A DNA stretch of 64,000 nucleotides from Candidatus Versatilivorator sp. (GTDB taxonomy: Bacteria > Acidobacteriota > Terriglobia > Versatilivoradales > Versatilivoraceae): contig OZ242296.1 in NCBI GenBank assembly GCA_965207735.1, positions 544,001 to 608,000 on the forward strand, given 5' to 3'. Both the position numbers and the translations under genes were made by a program. Below the pieces are notes generated by a model. The model ran no database searches. It was not told where the DNA came from and saw nothing but the letters and a program-made list of their open reading frames with translations. Below, piece after piece: positions 1-12,052 of the stretch. Positions within the stretch are counted from its first letter, which is position 1; every line of letters begins with the position of its first letter.

Positions 1-2
1 CC

Positions 3-1199
3 CGTGATCGGGAACCCTTTTCAGCCCTTGTCTTCAAGATCATGACCGACCCCTATGTGGGCCAACTGGCCTTTTTCCGGGTCTACTCCGGTGTTCTCAA
101 GGCAGGTTCCTACGTTTACAATTCGACCAAGGACAAACGGGAGCGTGTGGGCCGGCTGCTGAAGATGCATGCCGACAAGCGTGAGGAGATCCGGCAGGTC
201 TATGCGGGCGATATCGCTGCCGGAGTGGGTTTGAGACAGGTGGCCACCGGCGACACCATCTGCGCGGAAGATGCGCCGGTGATTCTGGAGTCCATGGAAT
301 TCCCGGTTCCTGTCATGGCCGTGGCCATCGAGCCCAAGACCAAGAGCGACCAGGAGAGGCTGGGTCTGGCGCTGGGGAAACTGGCACAGGAGGATCCCAC
401 CTTCAAGGTGTCCACCGATCAGGATACCGGACAGACGATTATCTCGGGAATGGGCGAACTGCATCTGGAGATTCTGGTCGACCGCATGTCTCGAGAGTTT
501 GGGGTCGCCGCCAACGTGGGGAAGCCCCAGGTCTCCTATCGTGAAACCATCTGTCAGGGCGCTGAAGGGGAAGGGCGATTCGTTCGTCAGAGCGGAGGCC
601 GCGGTCAATACGGCCACGTCAAGATCCGCGTGGAACCGAGGGCCGATACGGAGCGGGGATTCGAATTCATCAATGCCATCGTGGGCGGAGCCATTCCTCG
701 CGAATTCATTTCGGCGGTGGAGAAGGGCATTCGCGAGGCCACGGAGGCCGGCCCCCTGGCCGGCTACGAAGTTCAGGATATTGAAGTGACCCTTTATGAC
801 GGGTCCTTTCATGAGGTGGATTCCAGTGAAATTGCCTTCAAGATTGCCGGTTCCATGGCTTTGAAGGAGGCGGTTTCGCGAGCGGCTCCAGCGCTGCTCG
901 AGCCCATCATGCGGGTGGAAGTGGTGGTTCCCCGTGAGTTTATCGGGGCAGTCGGGGGCGATCTCAATGCTCGCCGGGGTCGCATCGAGACCATTGAATC
1001 CCGGGCGGGATCTCAGGTGGTGACCGCCTTGGTGCCTCTCTCGGAGATGTTCGGGTATTCCACCGACTTGCGGTCCATGACTCAGGGTCGAGCGACCTAT
1101 TCCATGCATTTTCAAAAATATATGCAGGTGCCCAAATCGGTGGCCGAGCAGATCGTTGCCAGGATCCAGGGCCGGAGCTGGGACACCGCGGGTCGATGA
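3..1199 (+). CDS. fusA: Elongation factor G, 5'-truncated by the window edge
   Basis: Open frame from position 3 ([20 protein letters not shown]...). EF-G motifs [28 protein letters not shown]-like [25 protein letters not shown]; directly upstream of tuf. Confidence 0.98.
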   Translation, partial: RDREPFSALVFKIMTDPYVGQLAFFRVYSGVLKAGSYVYNSTKDKRERVGRLLKMHADKREEIRQVYAGDIAAGVGLRQVATGDTICAEDAPVILESMEFPVPVMAVAIEPKTKSDQERLGLALGKLAQEDPTFKVSTDQDTGQTIISGMGELHLEILVDRMSREFGVAANVGKPQVSYRETICQGAEGEGRFVRQSGGRGQYGHVKIRVEPRADTERGFEFINAIVGGAIPREFISAVEKGIREATEAGPLAGYEVQDIEVTLYDGSFHEVDSSEIAFKIAGSMALKEAVSRAAPALLEPIMRVEVVVPREFIGAVGGDLNARRGRIETIESRAGSQVVTALVPLSEMFGYSTDLRSMTQGRATYSMHFQKYMQVPKSVAEQIVARIQGRSWDTAGR

Positions 1200-1235
1200 A
1201 GCACTCGTAGAATCAGGAGAAAGGATAGAGAAGCG

Positions 1236-2423
<1,188 letters not shown>

Positions 2424-2474
2424 CAGCGCCCAACCTCTTTGAGCCGGTTGCCTCCCCCAAATGAGAGTTCATCG

Positions 2475-2801
2475 ATGCTGAACGAAAAGATACGCATCCG
2501 ACTGAAAGCCTTTGACTACCGGATTCTGGATCAGTCCGCCGGCGAGATTGTGGATACGGCCCGACGCACGGGGGCTCGAATCGCCGGTCCGATTCCGCTT
2601 CCCACGGCCAAGAACAAGTACTGTGTTCTTCGTTCCCCACACGTGGACAAGAAGTCGCGTGAGCAATTCGAGATACGAACTCACAAGCGGTTGCTGGACA
2701 TTCTGGAGCCCACGCCGCAAACCATCGATGCCTTGATGAAGCTCGACCTGCCGGCAGGGGTTGACGTGGAGATCAAGGCCTATGGCAAGGAGCACAAGTG
2801 A
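2475..2801 (+). CDS. rpsJ: 30S ribosomal protein S10
   Basis: [15 protein letters not shown]...GPIPLPT...[20 protein letters not shown]; start placed at internal ATG. Confidence 0.98.
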   Translation: MLNEKIRIRLKAFDYRILDQSAGEIVDTARRTGARIAGPIPLPTAKNKYCVLRSPHVDKKSREQFEIRTHKRLLDILEPTPQTIDALMKLDLPAGVDVEIKAYGKEHK

Positions 2802-2883
2802 GAGTGGGGGATTTTGTCCGCCCGTCCAGGCGGTTTCCGGCGAAAAGTGCGACGCCTCCAGGCAGTGATCGGGAGCTTCGACC

Positions 2884-3516
2884 ATGGTGAATGGCATTCT
2901 GGGTGTCAAGGTCGGCATGACTCAGTTGTTTGAGGAGGGGGGGCGCGTCGTTCCGGCAACCGTGATTCAGGCCGGTCCCTGCGTGGTCGTGCAGAAAAAG
3001 ACCGCCAATCGGGAAGGCTACGACTCCGTTCAGCTCGGATTGATCGAGTTCACCTCGCCCAAGCGGGTCGGTCAACCCATGCTGGGCCATTTCAAGAAGG
3101 CCAAGGTGGCCCCGGTTCGTTTTCTGAAGGAATTGCGTTTGTCCGATGGAGCCGAAGATACCGCCGTGGGATCGAAGGTTCTGGTGGACCAGTTCAGCGA
3201 CAGCGACGAAGTGGATGTGACCGGCGTGAGCAAAGGCAAAGGATTTGCCGGAGTGATGAAGCGGCACAATTTCAAGGGGGGCGTGGCCAGCCATGGGTCC
3301 ATGTTCCATCGTGCTCCCGGGTCGATCGGTGCTTCGGCATTTCCTTCGCGTGTCGTCAAGGGCATGAAGGGAGCCGGTCACATGGGGAGGCGCCAGGTGA
3401 CGGCAAGAAATTTGAAGGTTGTGCGCGTGGACACGGAAAAGAATCTGCTGATCGTCAGGGGAGCGGTTCCCGGCGCCAACGGGGACTATCTGATTGTTCG
3501 CAGGAACCGCAAATAG
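2884..3516 (+). CDS. rplC: 50S ribosomal protein L3
   Basis: [36 protein letters not shown]; S10 operon order. Confidence 0.98.
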   Translation: MVNGILGVKVGMTQLFEEGGRVVPATVIQAGPCVVVQKKTANREGYDSVQLGLIEFTSPKRVGQPMLGHFKKAKVAPVRFLKELRLSDGAEDTAVGSKVLVDQFSDSDEVDVTGVSKGKGFAGVMKRHNFKGGVASHGSMFHRAPGSIGASAFPSRVVKGMKGAGHMGRRQVTARNLKVVRVDTEKNLLIVRGAVPGANGDYLIVRRNRK

Positions 3517-3557
3517 AGCTTTGAAGCCGGCCCGGCGGTCGGCCGAAGGAGCAGGTC

Positions 3558-4184
3558 GTGGCAACGCTTGATATTGTAAATCTGGAGAATGAGGTGGTGG
3601 GTCAGTTGGATCTCCACGACACGGTTTTTGCGGCCAAAGTCAACAAGAGCCTGCTCTATCTGGCGGTGAAGCATTACCGTGACGGCCTCAGGCAGGGAAC
3701 ACACGCGACCAAGACCAGGGCTCAGGTGCGTGGTGGGGGCAAGAAGCCCTGGCGGCAGAAGGGTACCGGAAGAGCCCGGGTCGGAAGCTCTCGTAATCCT
3801 CTGTGGCGAAAGGGCGGGGTGGCCCACGGACCTCACCCGAGGTCCTACGCCTTTCGCCTTCCCAGGAAAATGTCGCAGGGGGCCCTGCGTTCCGCCCTGA
3901 GCGACAGGTTCGCGTCCAATTGCATCAGAGTGGTGGCCGATTTCTCCCTGCCCAGTCACAAGACCGGTGAGTTCGACCAGGTGCTGCGCAAGCTGGAGAC
4001 GCGGAGAAGACTTCTCATCGTGGACAACGGGGAGAACGAAAACCTGGCCCGAGCTTCCGGCAATTTGCAGGAAGTGAAGGTGGTGACCAGTCGAGGGATT
4101 ACCGTCTACGATGTGCTGAATTCCAGGAGCGTTGTTTTCTCCCGAGCAGCCATTGAGAAACTTCAGGAGGGCCTGCAAACGTGA
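3558..4184 (+). CDS. rplD: 50S ribosomal protein L4
   Basis: RQGTHATKTRAQVRGGGKKPWRQKGTGRAR. Confidence 0.98.
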   Translation: MATLDIVNLENEVVGQLDLHDTVFAAKVNKSLLYLAVKHYRDGLRQGTHATKTRAQVRGGGKKPWRQKGTGRARVGSSRNPLWRKGGVAHGPHPRSYAFRLPRKMSQGALRSALSDRFASNCIRVVADFSLPSHKTGEFDQVLRKLETRRRLLIVDNGENENLARASGNLQEVKVVTSRGITVYDVLNSRSVVFSRAAIEKLQEGLQT

Positions 4185-4471
4185 ACCCGGCTGCAATCGT
4201 GAAGCGCCCGATCATCACTGAGAAGGCCTTGAGTCTCAAGGAAGACCACGGGTTTCTATGCTTTGAGGTACTTGCCCGAGCAAACAAGAAGCAGGTGAAG
4301 CAAGCCGTCGAGAAGCTCTTCAACGTAAAGGTGGCTTCAGTCAATACCGCCGGCTTCAAGGGCAAGGAACGACGGCAGGGACGCTATGTCGGGCGGCGGC
4401 CCGATTGGAAGAAGGCCTTCGTCAAGTTGAAGCCGGGCGAAAAAATGATTGAATACGCTGACATTACTTAG
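4181..4471 (+). CDS. rplW: 50S ribosomal protein L23
   Basis: RPIITEKA...ANKKQVKQAVEKLFNVKV...WKKAFVKL. Confidence 0.97.
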   Translation: MNPAAIVKRPIITEKALSLKEDHGFLCFEVLARANKKQVKQAVEKLFNVKVASVNTAGFKGKERRQGRYVGRRPDWKKAFVKLKPGEKMIEYADIT

Positions 4472-4513
4472 TGGAGCACTATCCAATTCAACAGGTGCTG
4501 TCTTGTTCCCGAA

Positions 4514-4548
4514 ACTATCCACTAACCACTATTCACTAGCCACTGTTT
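4514..4548. repeat. Five degenerate 7-nt tandem units in the rplW-rplB spacer
   Basis: ACTATCC ACTAACC ACTATTC ACTAGCC ACTGTTT read directly from the sequence. Confidence 0.8.
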
Positions 4549-4552
4549 AGCC

Positions 4553-5377
4553 ATGGGCCTTAAATCCTTCAGACCCTTTACGCCGTCGCTACGGTTCACT
4601 TCGGTGACGACTTCCGAGGGGCTGAGCCGAGAGCGTCCGAAGAAGAACCTGACCGCGGGCAAGTCCAGGTCCGGCGGCCGCAACAATCTGGGCCACATGA
4701 CCGTGCGCCATCGAGGGGGAGGTCACAAGAGGCTCTATCGCCAAATCGATTTCAAGCGCGACAAGTTCGGAGTGCCGGCGAAGGTGGCCGCGGTGGAATA
4801 CGACCCCAACCGATCGGCGCGGATCGCGCTGCTCCACTACAGGGATGGGGAAAAGCGTTACATCATTCATCCCGTCGGCCTCGAGGTTGGAGCCACGGTC
4901 GTTTCCGGCCCCGAATCCGACATTCTGGTTGGCAATGCGCTGCCGCTCAAGAATATTCCCCTTGGAACCACCATCCACAACATCGAGCTGCGGAAGGGCG
5001 GGGGAGCCCAAATGGCCCGTTCAGCCGGAAGTGCGGCCCAACTGGTTGCCAGGGAGGGCACCTATGCCCAGGTAAAAATGCCCTCCGGCGAGGTCAGGAG
5101 AGTCCACATCGACTGTCTGGCTACGGTCGGTCAGGTGGGCAATACCGACCACAGCAATGTCAGCCTGGGCAAAGCCGGAAAGCGGCGTTGGTTGGGACGG
5201 CGGCCGACGGTGCGGGGCGTGGCCATGAATCCGGTAGACCATCCCCATGGAGGCGGCGAGGGACGGACCTCCGGAGGGCGTCATCCGGTAACGCCCTGGG
5301 GGCAACCAACGCGGGGATACAGGACCCGCAACAACAAGCGAACCGACGCGTTTGTGGTCAAGCGCAGAGGCAAGTAA
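4553..5377 (+). CDS. rplB: 50S ribosomal protein L2
   Basis: [40 protein letters not shown]. Confidence 0.99.
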   Translation: MGLKSFRPFTPSLRFTSVTTSEGLSRERPKKNLTAGKSRSGGRNNLGHMTVRHRGGGHKRLYRQIDFKRDKFGVPAKVAAVEYDPNRSARIALLHYRDGEKRYIIHPVGLEVGATVVSGPESDILVGNALPLKNIPLGTTIHNIELRKGGGAQMARSAGSAAQLVAREGTYAQVKMPSGEVRRVHIDCLATVGQVGNTDHSNVSLGKAGKRRWLGRRPTVRGVAMNPVDHPHGGGEGRTSGGRHPVTPWGQPTRGYRTRNNKRTDAFVVKRRGK

Positions 5378-5400
5378 CGGGACCTCCGGGAGGTGAGTAG

Positions 5401-5691
5401 ATGGGCCGATCCGTAAAAAAGGGACCTTTTCTGGACCGTAGCTTGGCCAGGTTGGTGGACGGCATGAACAAGCGGTTCGAAAAAAGGGTGATCAAGACCT
5501 GGTCGCGGCGGTCCACTATCATTCCCGATATGGTCGGCCACACCTTCGCGGTTCACAACGGCAGGAAATTCATTCCGGTCTTTGTGACGGAAAACATGGT
5601 GGGACACAAGTTGGGAGAATTTTCCCCCAGCCGTATGTTCAGAGGGCACAGTTCCAGGTCCACCAGCGAGAAAACGGCCTCGCGATCCTGA
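5401..5691 (+). CDS. rpsS: 30S ribosomal protein S19
   Basis: [10 protein letters not shown]...KTWSRRSTI...MVGHKLGEF. Confidence 0.98.
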   Translation: MGRSVKKGPFLDRSLARLVDGMNKRFEKRVIKTWSRRSTIIPDMVGHTFAVHNGRKFIPVFVTENMVGHKLGEFSPSRMFRGHSSRSTSEKTASRS

Positions 5692-5723
5692 GGTCTGAGA
5701 GATTCGCCTGGAGTCCAATTGTG

Positions 5724-6059
5724 ATGGAAGCTCGCGCTACAGCGAAATTCATCCGTAGTTCGCCGCAAAAGATCCGGTTGGTTGTTGACCTGATCCGAGG
5801 GCGCAACGTCTCGGAGGCATTGGACATTCTGCGTTTTACCAAGAAGAGAGCGGCCACGCAGGTCACCAAGGTCCTGAAGTCGGCCATCGCCAATGCGGAA
5901 CAGAAAGACGAGGCCACCGACGTGGATCGGTTACTGGTAAGCAAGGCTTACGTCAACGAGGGACCGCGAATGAAGCGGATGCGTCCGGCTCCCATGGGGC
6001 GTGCGATGCGTTACCAGCGGCGGATGAGTCACATCTCGATTCATGTGTCTGACGAATAG
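5724..6059 (+). CDS. rplV: 50S ribosomal protein L22
   Basis: [14 protein letters not shown]...[10 protein letters not shown]...VNEGPRMKR. Confidence 0.98.
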   Translation: MEARATAKFIRSSPQKIRLVVDLIRGRNVSEALDILRFTKKRAATQVTKVLKSAIANAEQKDEATDVDRLLVSKAYVNEGPRMKRMRPAPMGRAMRYQRRMSHISIHVSDE

Positions 6060-6085
6060 CAACCTGGCTGCATAAGGAGGGGCGC

Positions 6086-6748
6086 GTGGGACAGAAAGTA
6101 CATCCTTTTGGTCTTCGCCTGGGATACAACAAGACCTGGCGTTCCCGCTGGTACGCCAAGAAGGACTATGGGGAGTTGCTGCACGAGGACTTGCGCTTGA
6201 AGAAAGAGCTCAAGAAGCAGTTGGGACATGCCGGGGTCTCCAATATTGAAATTGAGCGCCCCGGCAACAAGATTCGAGTCACCATCTTTACCTCCCGGCC
6301 TGGGATCATCATCGGCCGCAAGGGTTCCGAGATCGACAAGCTCAAGGTGGATTTGCAGCAGAGGACCAATCGGGAGGTCTTCATCAACATCAATGAGATC
6401 CATCGCCCGGAACTGGAGGCTCAATTGGTAGCCGAATCCATTGCGCTTCAACTGCAAAAGCGAATTGCCTTTCGGCGGGCGATGCGGAAAGCCGTGGACA
6501 CCGCCCTCAAAGTCAACGCCAAGGGCATCCGGGTCTGTTGCGCGGGCCGTCTGAACGGAGCTGAAATCGCGCGAACCGAGTGGTACCTCCAGGGCCGACT
6601 CCCGCTCCATACGCTACGGGCCGATATCGACTATGGTTTCGCCGAAGCCTTTACCACCTACGGACTGATTGGCGTCAAGGTCTGGATTTACAAGGGCGAT
6701 CTCTTTCCGGTGACAAAAAAAGCCTCGGAGATCGGTGCCAAGCTCTGA
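6086..6748 (+). CDS. rpsC: 30S ribosomal protein S3
   Basis: [13 protein letters not shown]...[10 protein letters not shown]...[15 protein letters not shown]. Confidence 0.99.
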   Translation: MGQKVHPFGLRLGYNKTWRSRWYAKKDYGELLHEDLRLKKELKKQLGHAGVSNIEIERPGNKIRVTIFTSRPGIIIGRKGSEIDKLKVDLQQRTNREVFININEIHRPELEAQLVAESIALQLQKRIAFRRAMRKAVDTALKVNAKGIRVCCAGRLNGAEIARTEWYLQGRLPLHTLRADIDYGFAEAFTTYGLIGVKVWIYKGDLFPVTKKASEIGAKL

Positions 6749-6769
6749 TCAACCAGGTGGGGATCTGAA

Positions 6770-7195
6770 ATGTTAATGCCCAAGAAGGTCAAGTTTCGCA
6801 AGCAGCAGCGGGGGCGGAACTGCGGCAAGGCGTGGCGCGGTTCGGAAATCGCCTTTGGAGACTTTGGACTGAAGGTGATGGAACCCGCCTGGATCACCGA
6901 TCGGCAGATCGAGGCGGCCCGTATCGCCATGACCCGTGCCGTCCGGCGCGGCGGAAAAATTTGGCTTCGCCTGTTCCCGGATAAGCCCGTGACCAAGAAG
7001 CCGGCGGAGACGCGGATGGGAAAGGGCAAGGGAGCTCCCGAGTATTGGGTGGCGGTGGTTCGCCCGGGAAAGGTCATTTTCGAGATGGAAGGCGTGGACC
7101 GGAAGGTGGCTCAGGAAGCCATGCGGTTGGCCGCCAACAAATTGCCTGCCAAGACCAAGTTCGTCTCCAGGCCCAACGCGGGGGGCGAGGAATGA
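6770..7195 (+). CDS. rplP: 50S ribosomal protein L16
   Basis: [15 protein letters not shown]...QIEAARIAM...ETRMGKGKG. Confidence 0.99.
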   Translation: MLMPKKVKFRKQQRGRNCGKAWRGSEIAFGDFGLKVMEPAWITDRQIEAARIAMTRAVRRGGKIWLRLFPDKPVTKKPAETRMGKGKGAPEYWVAVVRPGKVIFEMEGVDRKVAQEAMRLAANKLPAKTKFVSRPNAGGEE

Positions 7196-7401
7196 CGCCC
7201 GAGCAGATCAGGGAACTCTCAGACGAGGAACTGGTCAGCCAGGAAAACGACATGGCCGAGCAGATCTTTCGACTGCGACTGCAACTGGCAATGGGCCAGG
7301 CGGAGGGGACGCACCGGCTGCAGCAGCTGAAGAAGGACGTGGCCAGAATCAAGACCATACGGCGGGAGCGCCAACTGCAGCAGCAAGGGGCTGCAGGATA
7401 G
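7192..7401 (+). CDS. rpmC: 50S ribosomal protein L29
   Basis: [14 protein letters not shown]...FRLRLQ...KKDVARIKT; ATGA overlap with rplP. Confidence 0.95.
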   Translation: MTPEQIRELSDEELVSQENDMAEQIFRLRLQLAMGQAEGTHRLQQLKKDVARIKTIRRERQLQQQGAAG

Positions 7402-7444
7402 AGGGGCCGGAGCTCTTCACATTCGGGATCAGGAGCGCAAGTCC

Positions 7445-7711
7445 ATGGGCAGCGAAGAGAAAACAGGTCGACGGAACGCCAAGGTGGGGGTCGTCAAGAG
7501 CGATCGGATGGACAAGACCGTCGTAGTTTCGGTGGAACGCCGGGTTCCCCATCCGCTTTACCGGCGCATTATCACCAGGACTTCCAACTTTCTGGCTCAT
7601 GACGAGCAGAATGCCTGTGGGGTGGGCGATCGGGTTGCCATCGTGGAGACTCGCCCCGTCAGCAAACGCAAGCGGTGGCGGGTATCCCGCATCATCACCA
7701 AGGCCAGTTGA
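7445..7711 (+). CDS. rpsQ: 30S ribosomal protein S17
   Basis: GVVKSDRMDKTVVV...HPLY...AHDE...ETRPVSKRKRW. Confidence 0.98.
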   Translation: MGSEEKTGRRNAKVGVVKSDRMDKTVVVSVERRVPHPLYRRIITRTSNFLAHDEQNACGVGDRVAIVETRPVSKRKRWRVSRIITKAS

Positions 7712-7757
7712 GCGGAGCCAGCGCGGCCCCTGAGCCGGTCAACGGAGAGATTGCACC

Positions 7758-8126
7758 GTGATTCAAATGGGAACCATTTTGGAAGTCGCCGACAATTCGG
7801 GCGCTCGCAGGCTCTCCTGTATTTTGCCGCTGGGAGGTTCCACCGGGGCCAAAGCGACCTTGGGAGATGTGGTGACAGCCGCCGTCAAGGATGTCACTCC
7901 CGATGGCAATGTCAAAAAGGGGAGGGTAGTCAAGGCGGTGATCGTGAGGGCGCGCAAGGAGACCCGCCGGCGGGATGGTTCCTATATTCGATTCGACCAG
8001 AACGCGGCGGTGCTGATCAACGACCAGGGAGAGCCAGTGGGAACACGCGTCTTTGGGCCGGTGGCCAGGGAGTTGCGTGACAAGCGATTCATGAAAATTG
8101 TCTCTCTGGCGCCGGAGGTGATCTGA
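7758..8126 (+). CDS. rplN: 50S ribosomal protein L14
   Basis: VADNSGA...[13 protein letters not shown]...KIVSLAPEV. Confidence 0.99.
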   Translation: MIQMGTILEVADNSGARRLSCILPLGGSTGAKATLGDVVTAAVKDVTPDGNVKKGRVVKAVIVRARKETRRRDGSYIRFDQNAAVLINDQGEPVGTRVFGPVARELRDKRFMKIVSLAPEVI

Positions 8127-8127
8127 A

Positions 8128-8463
8128 ATGGGGAGTCCGCAGCGAATCGATATCCGGAGAAACGACCAGGTCAAGGTCATTGCCGGCAAGGACATCAAGG
8201 AAGTCGGTCGCGTGTTGCGGGTAGTCCACGGCAAGCAGCGCGTGGTTGTGGAAGGCATTAACATGGTCAAGCGGCACACCCGCCCCAACCCCAGTCGGAA
8301 TCTGAAGGGTGGAATTGTAGAGAGGGAAGGCCCCATTCACGTCTCCAACGTCATGATCGTATGCGGAGCTTGCGGGCAGCCAACCCGAATCGGTCACCAG
8401 AGACTGGCCGACGGCAAAAAGATTCGGATTTGTCGCAAGTGTGAGGCCTCGCTGGACCGGTAA
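8128..8463 (+). CDS. rplX: 50S ribosomal protein L24
   Basis: KOW motif [29 protein letters not shown]. Confidence 0.97.
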   Translation: MGSPQRIDIRRNDQVKVIAGKDIKEVGRVLRVVHGKQRVVVEGINMVKRHTRPNPSRNLKGGIVEREGPIHVSNVMIVCGACGQPTRIGHQRLADGKKIRICRKCEASLDR

Positions 8464-8486
8464 CTTCCGGGGGAGAAGAAGAATTC

Positions 8487-9026
8487 ATGAGCCGACTCAA
8501 GGTCCGTTATGAGAAGGAAATCATGCCGGCTCTGCGAAAAGAGTTTGGATACGGCAATGTCATGGCGGTGCCCAAGCTGGAAAAAATTGTGGTCAACATC
8601 GGCCTGGGCGAGGCGATCCAAAACCCCAAGCTGTTGGATTCGGCCATGGGCGAACTGGGTGCGATCACCGGACAGAGACCCGTCATCAACCGAGCCCGCA
8701 AGTCGATCGCTTCATTCAAGCTCCGACAGGGCATGGCTATCGCTTGCTCCGTCACGCTTCGGGCCGGCCGGATGTACGAGTTTTTCGATCGTCTGATCAA
8801 CATTGCGCTGCCCAGGGTGCGCGACTTTCGAGGTGTTTCCACCCGGTCTTTCGACGGGCGAGGGAACTATACCCTGGGACTGCGGGATCAATTGGTGTTT
8901 CCGGAGATTGACTATTCCAAGGTCGGCAAGATCAATGGCATGAACGTTTGCATGGTAACCAGCGCCAAGACCGACGATGAAGCCAGAAGCTTGTTGGGTC
9001 TCTTGGGGCTCCCTTTCCGACGATGA
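8487..9026 (+). CDS. rplE: 50S ribosomal protein L5
   Basis: [12 protein letters not shown]...LPRVRDFRG...FDGRGNY. Confidence 0.99.
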   Translation: MSRLKVRYEKEIMPALRKEFGYGNVMAVPKLEKIVVNIGLGEAIQNPKLLDSAMGELGAITGQRPVINRARKSIASFKLRQGMAIACSVTLRAGRMYEFFDRLINIALPRVRDFRGVSTRSFDGRGNYTLGLRDQLVFPEIDYSKVGKINGMNVCMVTSAKTDDEARSLLGLLGLPFRR

Positions 9027-9036
9027 GGTTGAATCG

Positions 9037-9222
9037 ATGGCTAGAATTGCCCTGATAGCCAAGGCCAAGAAAACGCCCAAGTTCAAGGTCCGGCAATACA
9101 ACCGCTGCAAGGTTTGCGGTCGACCGCGCGGTTACATGCGGAAGTTCCAGTTGTGTCGCCTGTGTTTTCGTCAGTTGGCCTTGAGGGGAGAACTTCCGGG
9201 AGTCATCAAGTCAAGCTGGTGA
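9037..9222 (+). CDS. rpsN: 30S ribosomal protein S14, Zn-binding (type Z) form
   Basis: 61 aa; RCKVCGRPR...LCRLCFR...[11 protein letters not shown]. Confidence 0.97.
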   Translation: MARIALIAKAKKTPKFKVRQYNRCKVCGRPRGYMRKFQLCRLCFRQLALRGELPGVIKSSW

Positions 9223-9283
9223 ACCCGACATTGTCCGCGATCCGGTGGGCCGACCGGGCCGCAATTGTGGAGCCTGATGAAGA

Positions 9284-9682
9284 ATGAGCTTAACTGATCC
9301 TGTCGCCAACTATCTCACCCTCATTCGCAATGCTTTGCAGGCCAAGCATCAGAAGGTGGACATCCCCTGCTCCCGACTGCTGGTGGCAATGACCCGAATT
9401 CTCAAGGAGGAAGGGTACATCGCCAGCTTCAAGACCATTGACGAGGGCAGTAAGCGGTTCTTGCGCGTCTATCTCCGTTACGGTTCCAGAGGCGAGCAAG
9501 TGATTTCCGGATTGCAGCGGGTCTCTCGGCCGGGTTGCCGGGTATATGCTTCCAAGCGCCGGATTCCATCGGTCCTGGGAAATCTGGGGATCAGCATCCT
9601 CACGACCCCCAAGGGTGTGATCACCGGGAGCAGAGCCCGCCGGGAAGGAGTTGGTGGAGAAGTGCTCTGCTATATCTGGTAA
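9284..9682 (+). CDS. rpsH: 30S ribosomal protein S8
   Basis: TDPVANYLTLIRNA...ILKEEGYI...RVSRPGCRVY...GGEVLC. Confidence 0.98.
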   Translation: MSLTDPVANYLTLIRNALQAKHQKVDIPCSRLLVAMTRILKEEGYIASFKTIDEGSKRFLRVYLRYGSRGEQVISGLQRVSRPGCRVYASKRRIPSVLGNLGISILTTPKGVITGSRARREGVGGEVLCYIW

Positions 9683-9705
9683 GCGCTCTCCGCGGACGAT
9701 CAGCC

Positions 9706-10245
9706 ATGTCACGAATCGGAAGAAAGATCATTTCAATTCCGCAGGGTATCCAGTTGAGCATTGCGGACGACCAGGTCCGCATCCAGGGGCCCAAGGGTCA
9801 AATGACCAGCGCGGTGCCGGAGGGAATACGCTTTGAACGGACCGAGAAGGGGGTGGTGGCTACCCGATCCTCGGATTCCAAGCGGCAGAGAGCACTGCAC
9901 GGATTGGCCCGGAGTCTGCTGGCCAACGCGGTTACCGGGGTGATCCAGGGATTCAGGAAGGAGCTGGACATCGTGGGCATCGGCTATCGCGCTGAGCTCA
10001 AGGGGAAGTCGGTCATCTTCAGTCTGGGGTTTTCCCACCCCGTCGACTTTCCGGTTCCCGACGGGATCAGCGTTGCGGTGGAACGACAGACCCACTTGAT
10101 TGTCTCGGGGGTTGATAAGCAGAAAGTGGGCCAGGCGGCGGCCGACATCCGATCCTTGCGCAAGCCGGATCCCTATAAGAACAAGGGGATTCGTTATACG
10201 GGAGAGAAGCTCAAGAAGAAAGTCGGCAAGACGGGGGCCAAGTAG
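9706..10245 (+). CDS. rplF: 50S ribosomal protein L6
   Basis: MSRIGRK...GPKG...LGFSHP...PDPYKNKGIRY. Confidence 0.98.
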   Translation: MSRIGRKIISIPQGIQLSIADDQVRIQGPKGQMTSAVPEGIRFERTEKGVVATRSSDSKRQRALHGLARSLLANAVTGVIQGFRKELDIVGIGYRAELKGKSVIFSLGFSHPVDFPVPDGISVAVERQTHLIVSGVDKQKVGQAAADIRSLRKPDPYKNKGIRYTGEKLKKKVGKTGAK

Positions 10246-10284
10246 CGGCGAGGCCGGCAGGTGCAGGCCACCCAGAACGGAACC

Positions 10285-10653
10285 ATGGCTAAACGGATTT
10301 CCAGAGGGCACATACGCAGACGCATTCACGTGCGGGTGCGCAAAAAGATCAGAGGTTCAGGCGATCGGCCGCGCCTTAACGTGTTTCGCTCAGCCAAGCA
10401 CATTTACGCCCAGGTCATCGATGACGACCAGGGTCGGACGCTGGCCTCTGCCTCAACCGTCGACAAGGAGATTCGCGAGGCGAAGCGCAACGGCGGGAAC
10501 CTGGCCGCGGCCAAGGTGGTGGGCAGCCGGGTCGCCGAACGAGCCACCCGACAGGGGATCAAGCGAGTGGTCTACGACCGTGGGGGGTACGTCTTTCACG
10601 GTCGGGTGAAGGCATTGGCCGATGCGGCTCGAGAGGGCGGCCTGGAATTCTAG
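10285..10653 (+). CDS. rplR: 50S ribosomal protein L18
   Basis: [20 protein letters not shown]...[24 protein letters not shown]. Confidence 0.98.
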   Translation: MAKRISRGHIRRRIHVRVRKKIRGSGDRPRLNVFRSAKHIYAQVIDDDQGRTLASASTVDKEIREAKRNGGNLAAAKVVGSRVAERATRQGIKRVVYDRGGYVFHGRVKALADAAREGGLEF

Positions 10654-10718
10654 CCAGGCGGCGGCTCGGACAGACAAGCCAATGAGAAATCCACGAAGAG
10701 ACTGATTAAGGAGGGCAT

Positions 10719-11274
<556 letters not shown>

Positions 11275-11291
<17 letters not shown>

Positions 11292-11454
11292 GCTGGTCAA
11301 GAGCGGAATTGGGTGCTCAGCCAGGCAAAAGCGGGTGATTCGGGGTTTGGGATTCAGACGCCTGAACCAGGTCGTTGCCCGACCCGACACTCCTGAAATT
11401 CGAGGCATGATCTTCAAGATACGCCATCTCTTGGAGGTGAAGGGTGAAGAGTGA
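11275..11454 (+). CDS. rpmD: 50S ribosomal protein L30 (alternative start 11239)
   Basis: [11 protein letters not shown]...[12 protein letters not shown]...[16 protein letters not shown]. Confidence 0.94.
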
Positions 11455-11586
11455 AGAGTGGAGAGTTGTAAGCGGAGTGTATAGGGAGCAGGCAAGCGTC
11501 TGATGACTTGGCTGCGCTTATTTGAGGCGATGGTCCGAGATTTAGAAGATGGTTAACGTGTCGAATCATTGCTATCCACTAACCAC
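11441..11586. repeat. 7-nt periodic arms at both ends of the rpmD-rplO spacer
   Basis: AGGGTGA AGAGTGA AGAGTGG AGAGTTG at 11441-11468; CTATCCACTAACCAC at 11572-11586 is identical to 4515-4529. Confidence 0.7.
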
Positions 11587-11605
11587 CAATTGAGGTTGCT
11601 GCTCA

Positions 11606-12052
11606 ATGATTGAACTTCACGATCTGAAGCCTACACCGGGGTCGACCCGGAACCGCAGGCGCCGGGGAATCGGACCCGGGTCCGGACTGGGGAAAACCGC
11701 CGGCCGGGGAAGCAAGGGACAGAAGTCCCGTTCCGGCGCACGGGCCAAGCGCGGATTCGAAGGCGGGCAGATGCCCCTGCACCGTCGTCTGCCGAAGCGC
11801 GGCTTCACCAACATCTTCAGGAAACAGATCGTGGTGGTGAACGTGAGTCAGCTTCAGGTGTTCAGGGCCGGGTCCACGGTATCACCGGACGTCCTGGTCA
11901 AGCAGGGAATCATCAAGAAAGTCAAGGATGGAGTAAAGATTCTGGGTCGAGGCGAGGTGTTGAAAGCGCTGAAAGTGTCAGCACACTTCTTCAGTCAAAG
12001 CGCTCGGGGCAAGATCAGCCAGGCCGGGGGGACCGTCGAAGAAATCAAGTGA
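11606..12052 (+). CDS. rplO: 50S ribosomal protein L15
   Basis: [18 protein letters not shown]...[18 protein letters not shown]. Confidence 0.98.
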   Translation: MIELHDLKPTPGSTRNRRRRGIGPGSGLGKTAGRGSKGQKSRSGARAKRGFEGGQMPLHRRLPKRGFTNIFRKQIVVVNVSQLQVFRAGSTVSPDVLVKQGIIKKVKDGVKILGRGEVLKALKVSAHFFSQSARGKISQAGGTVEEIK

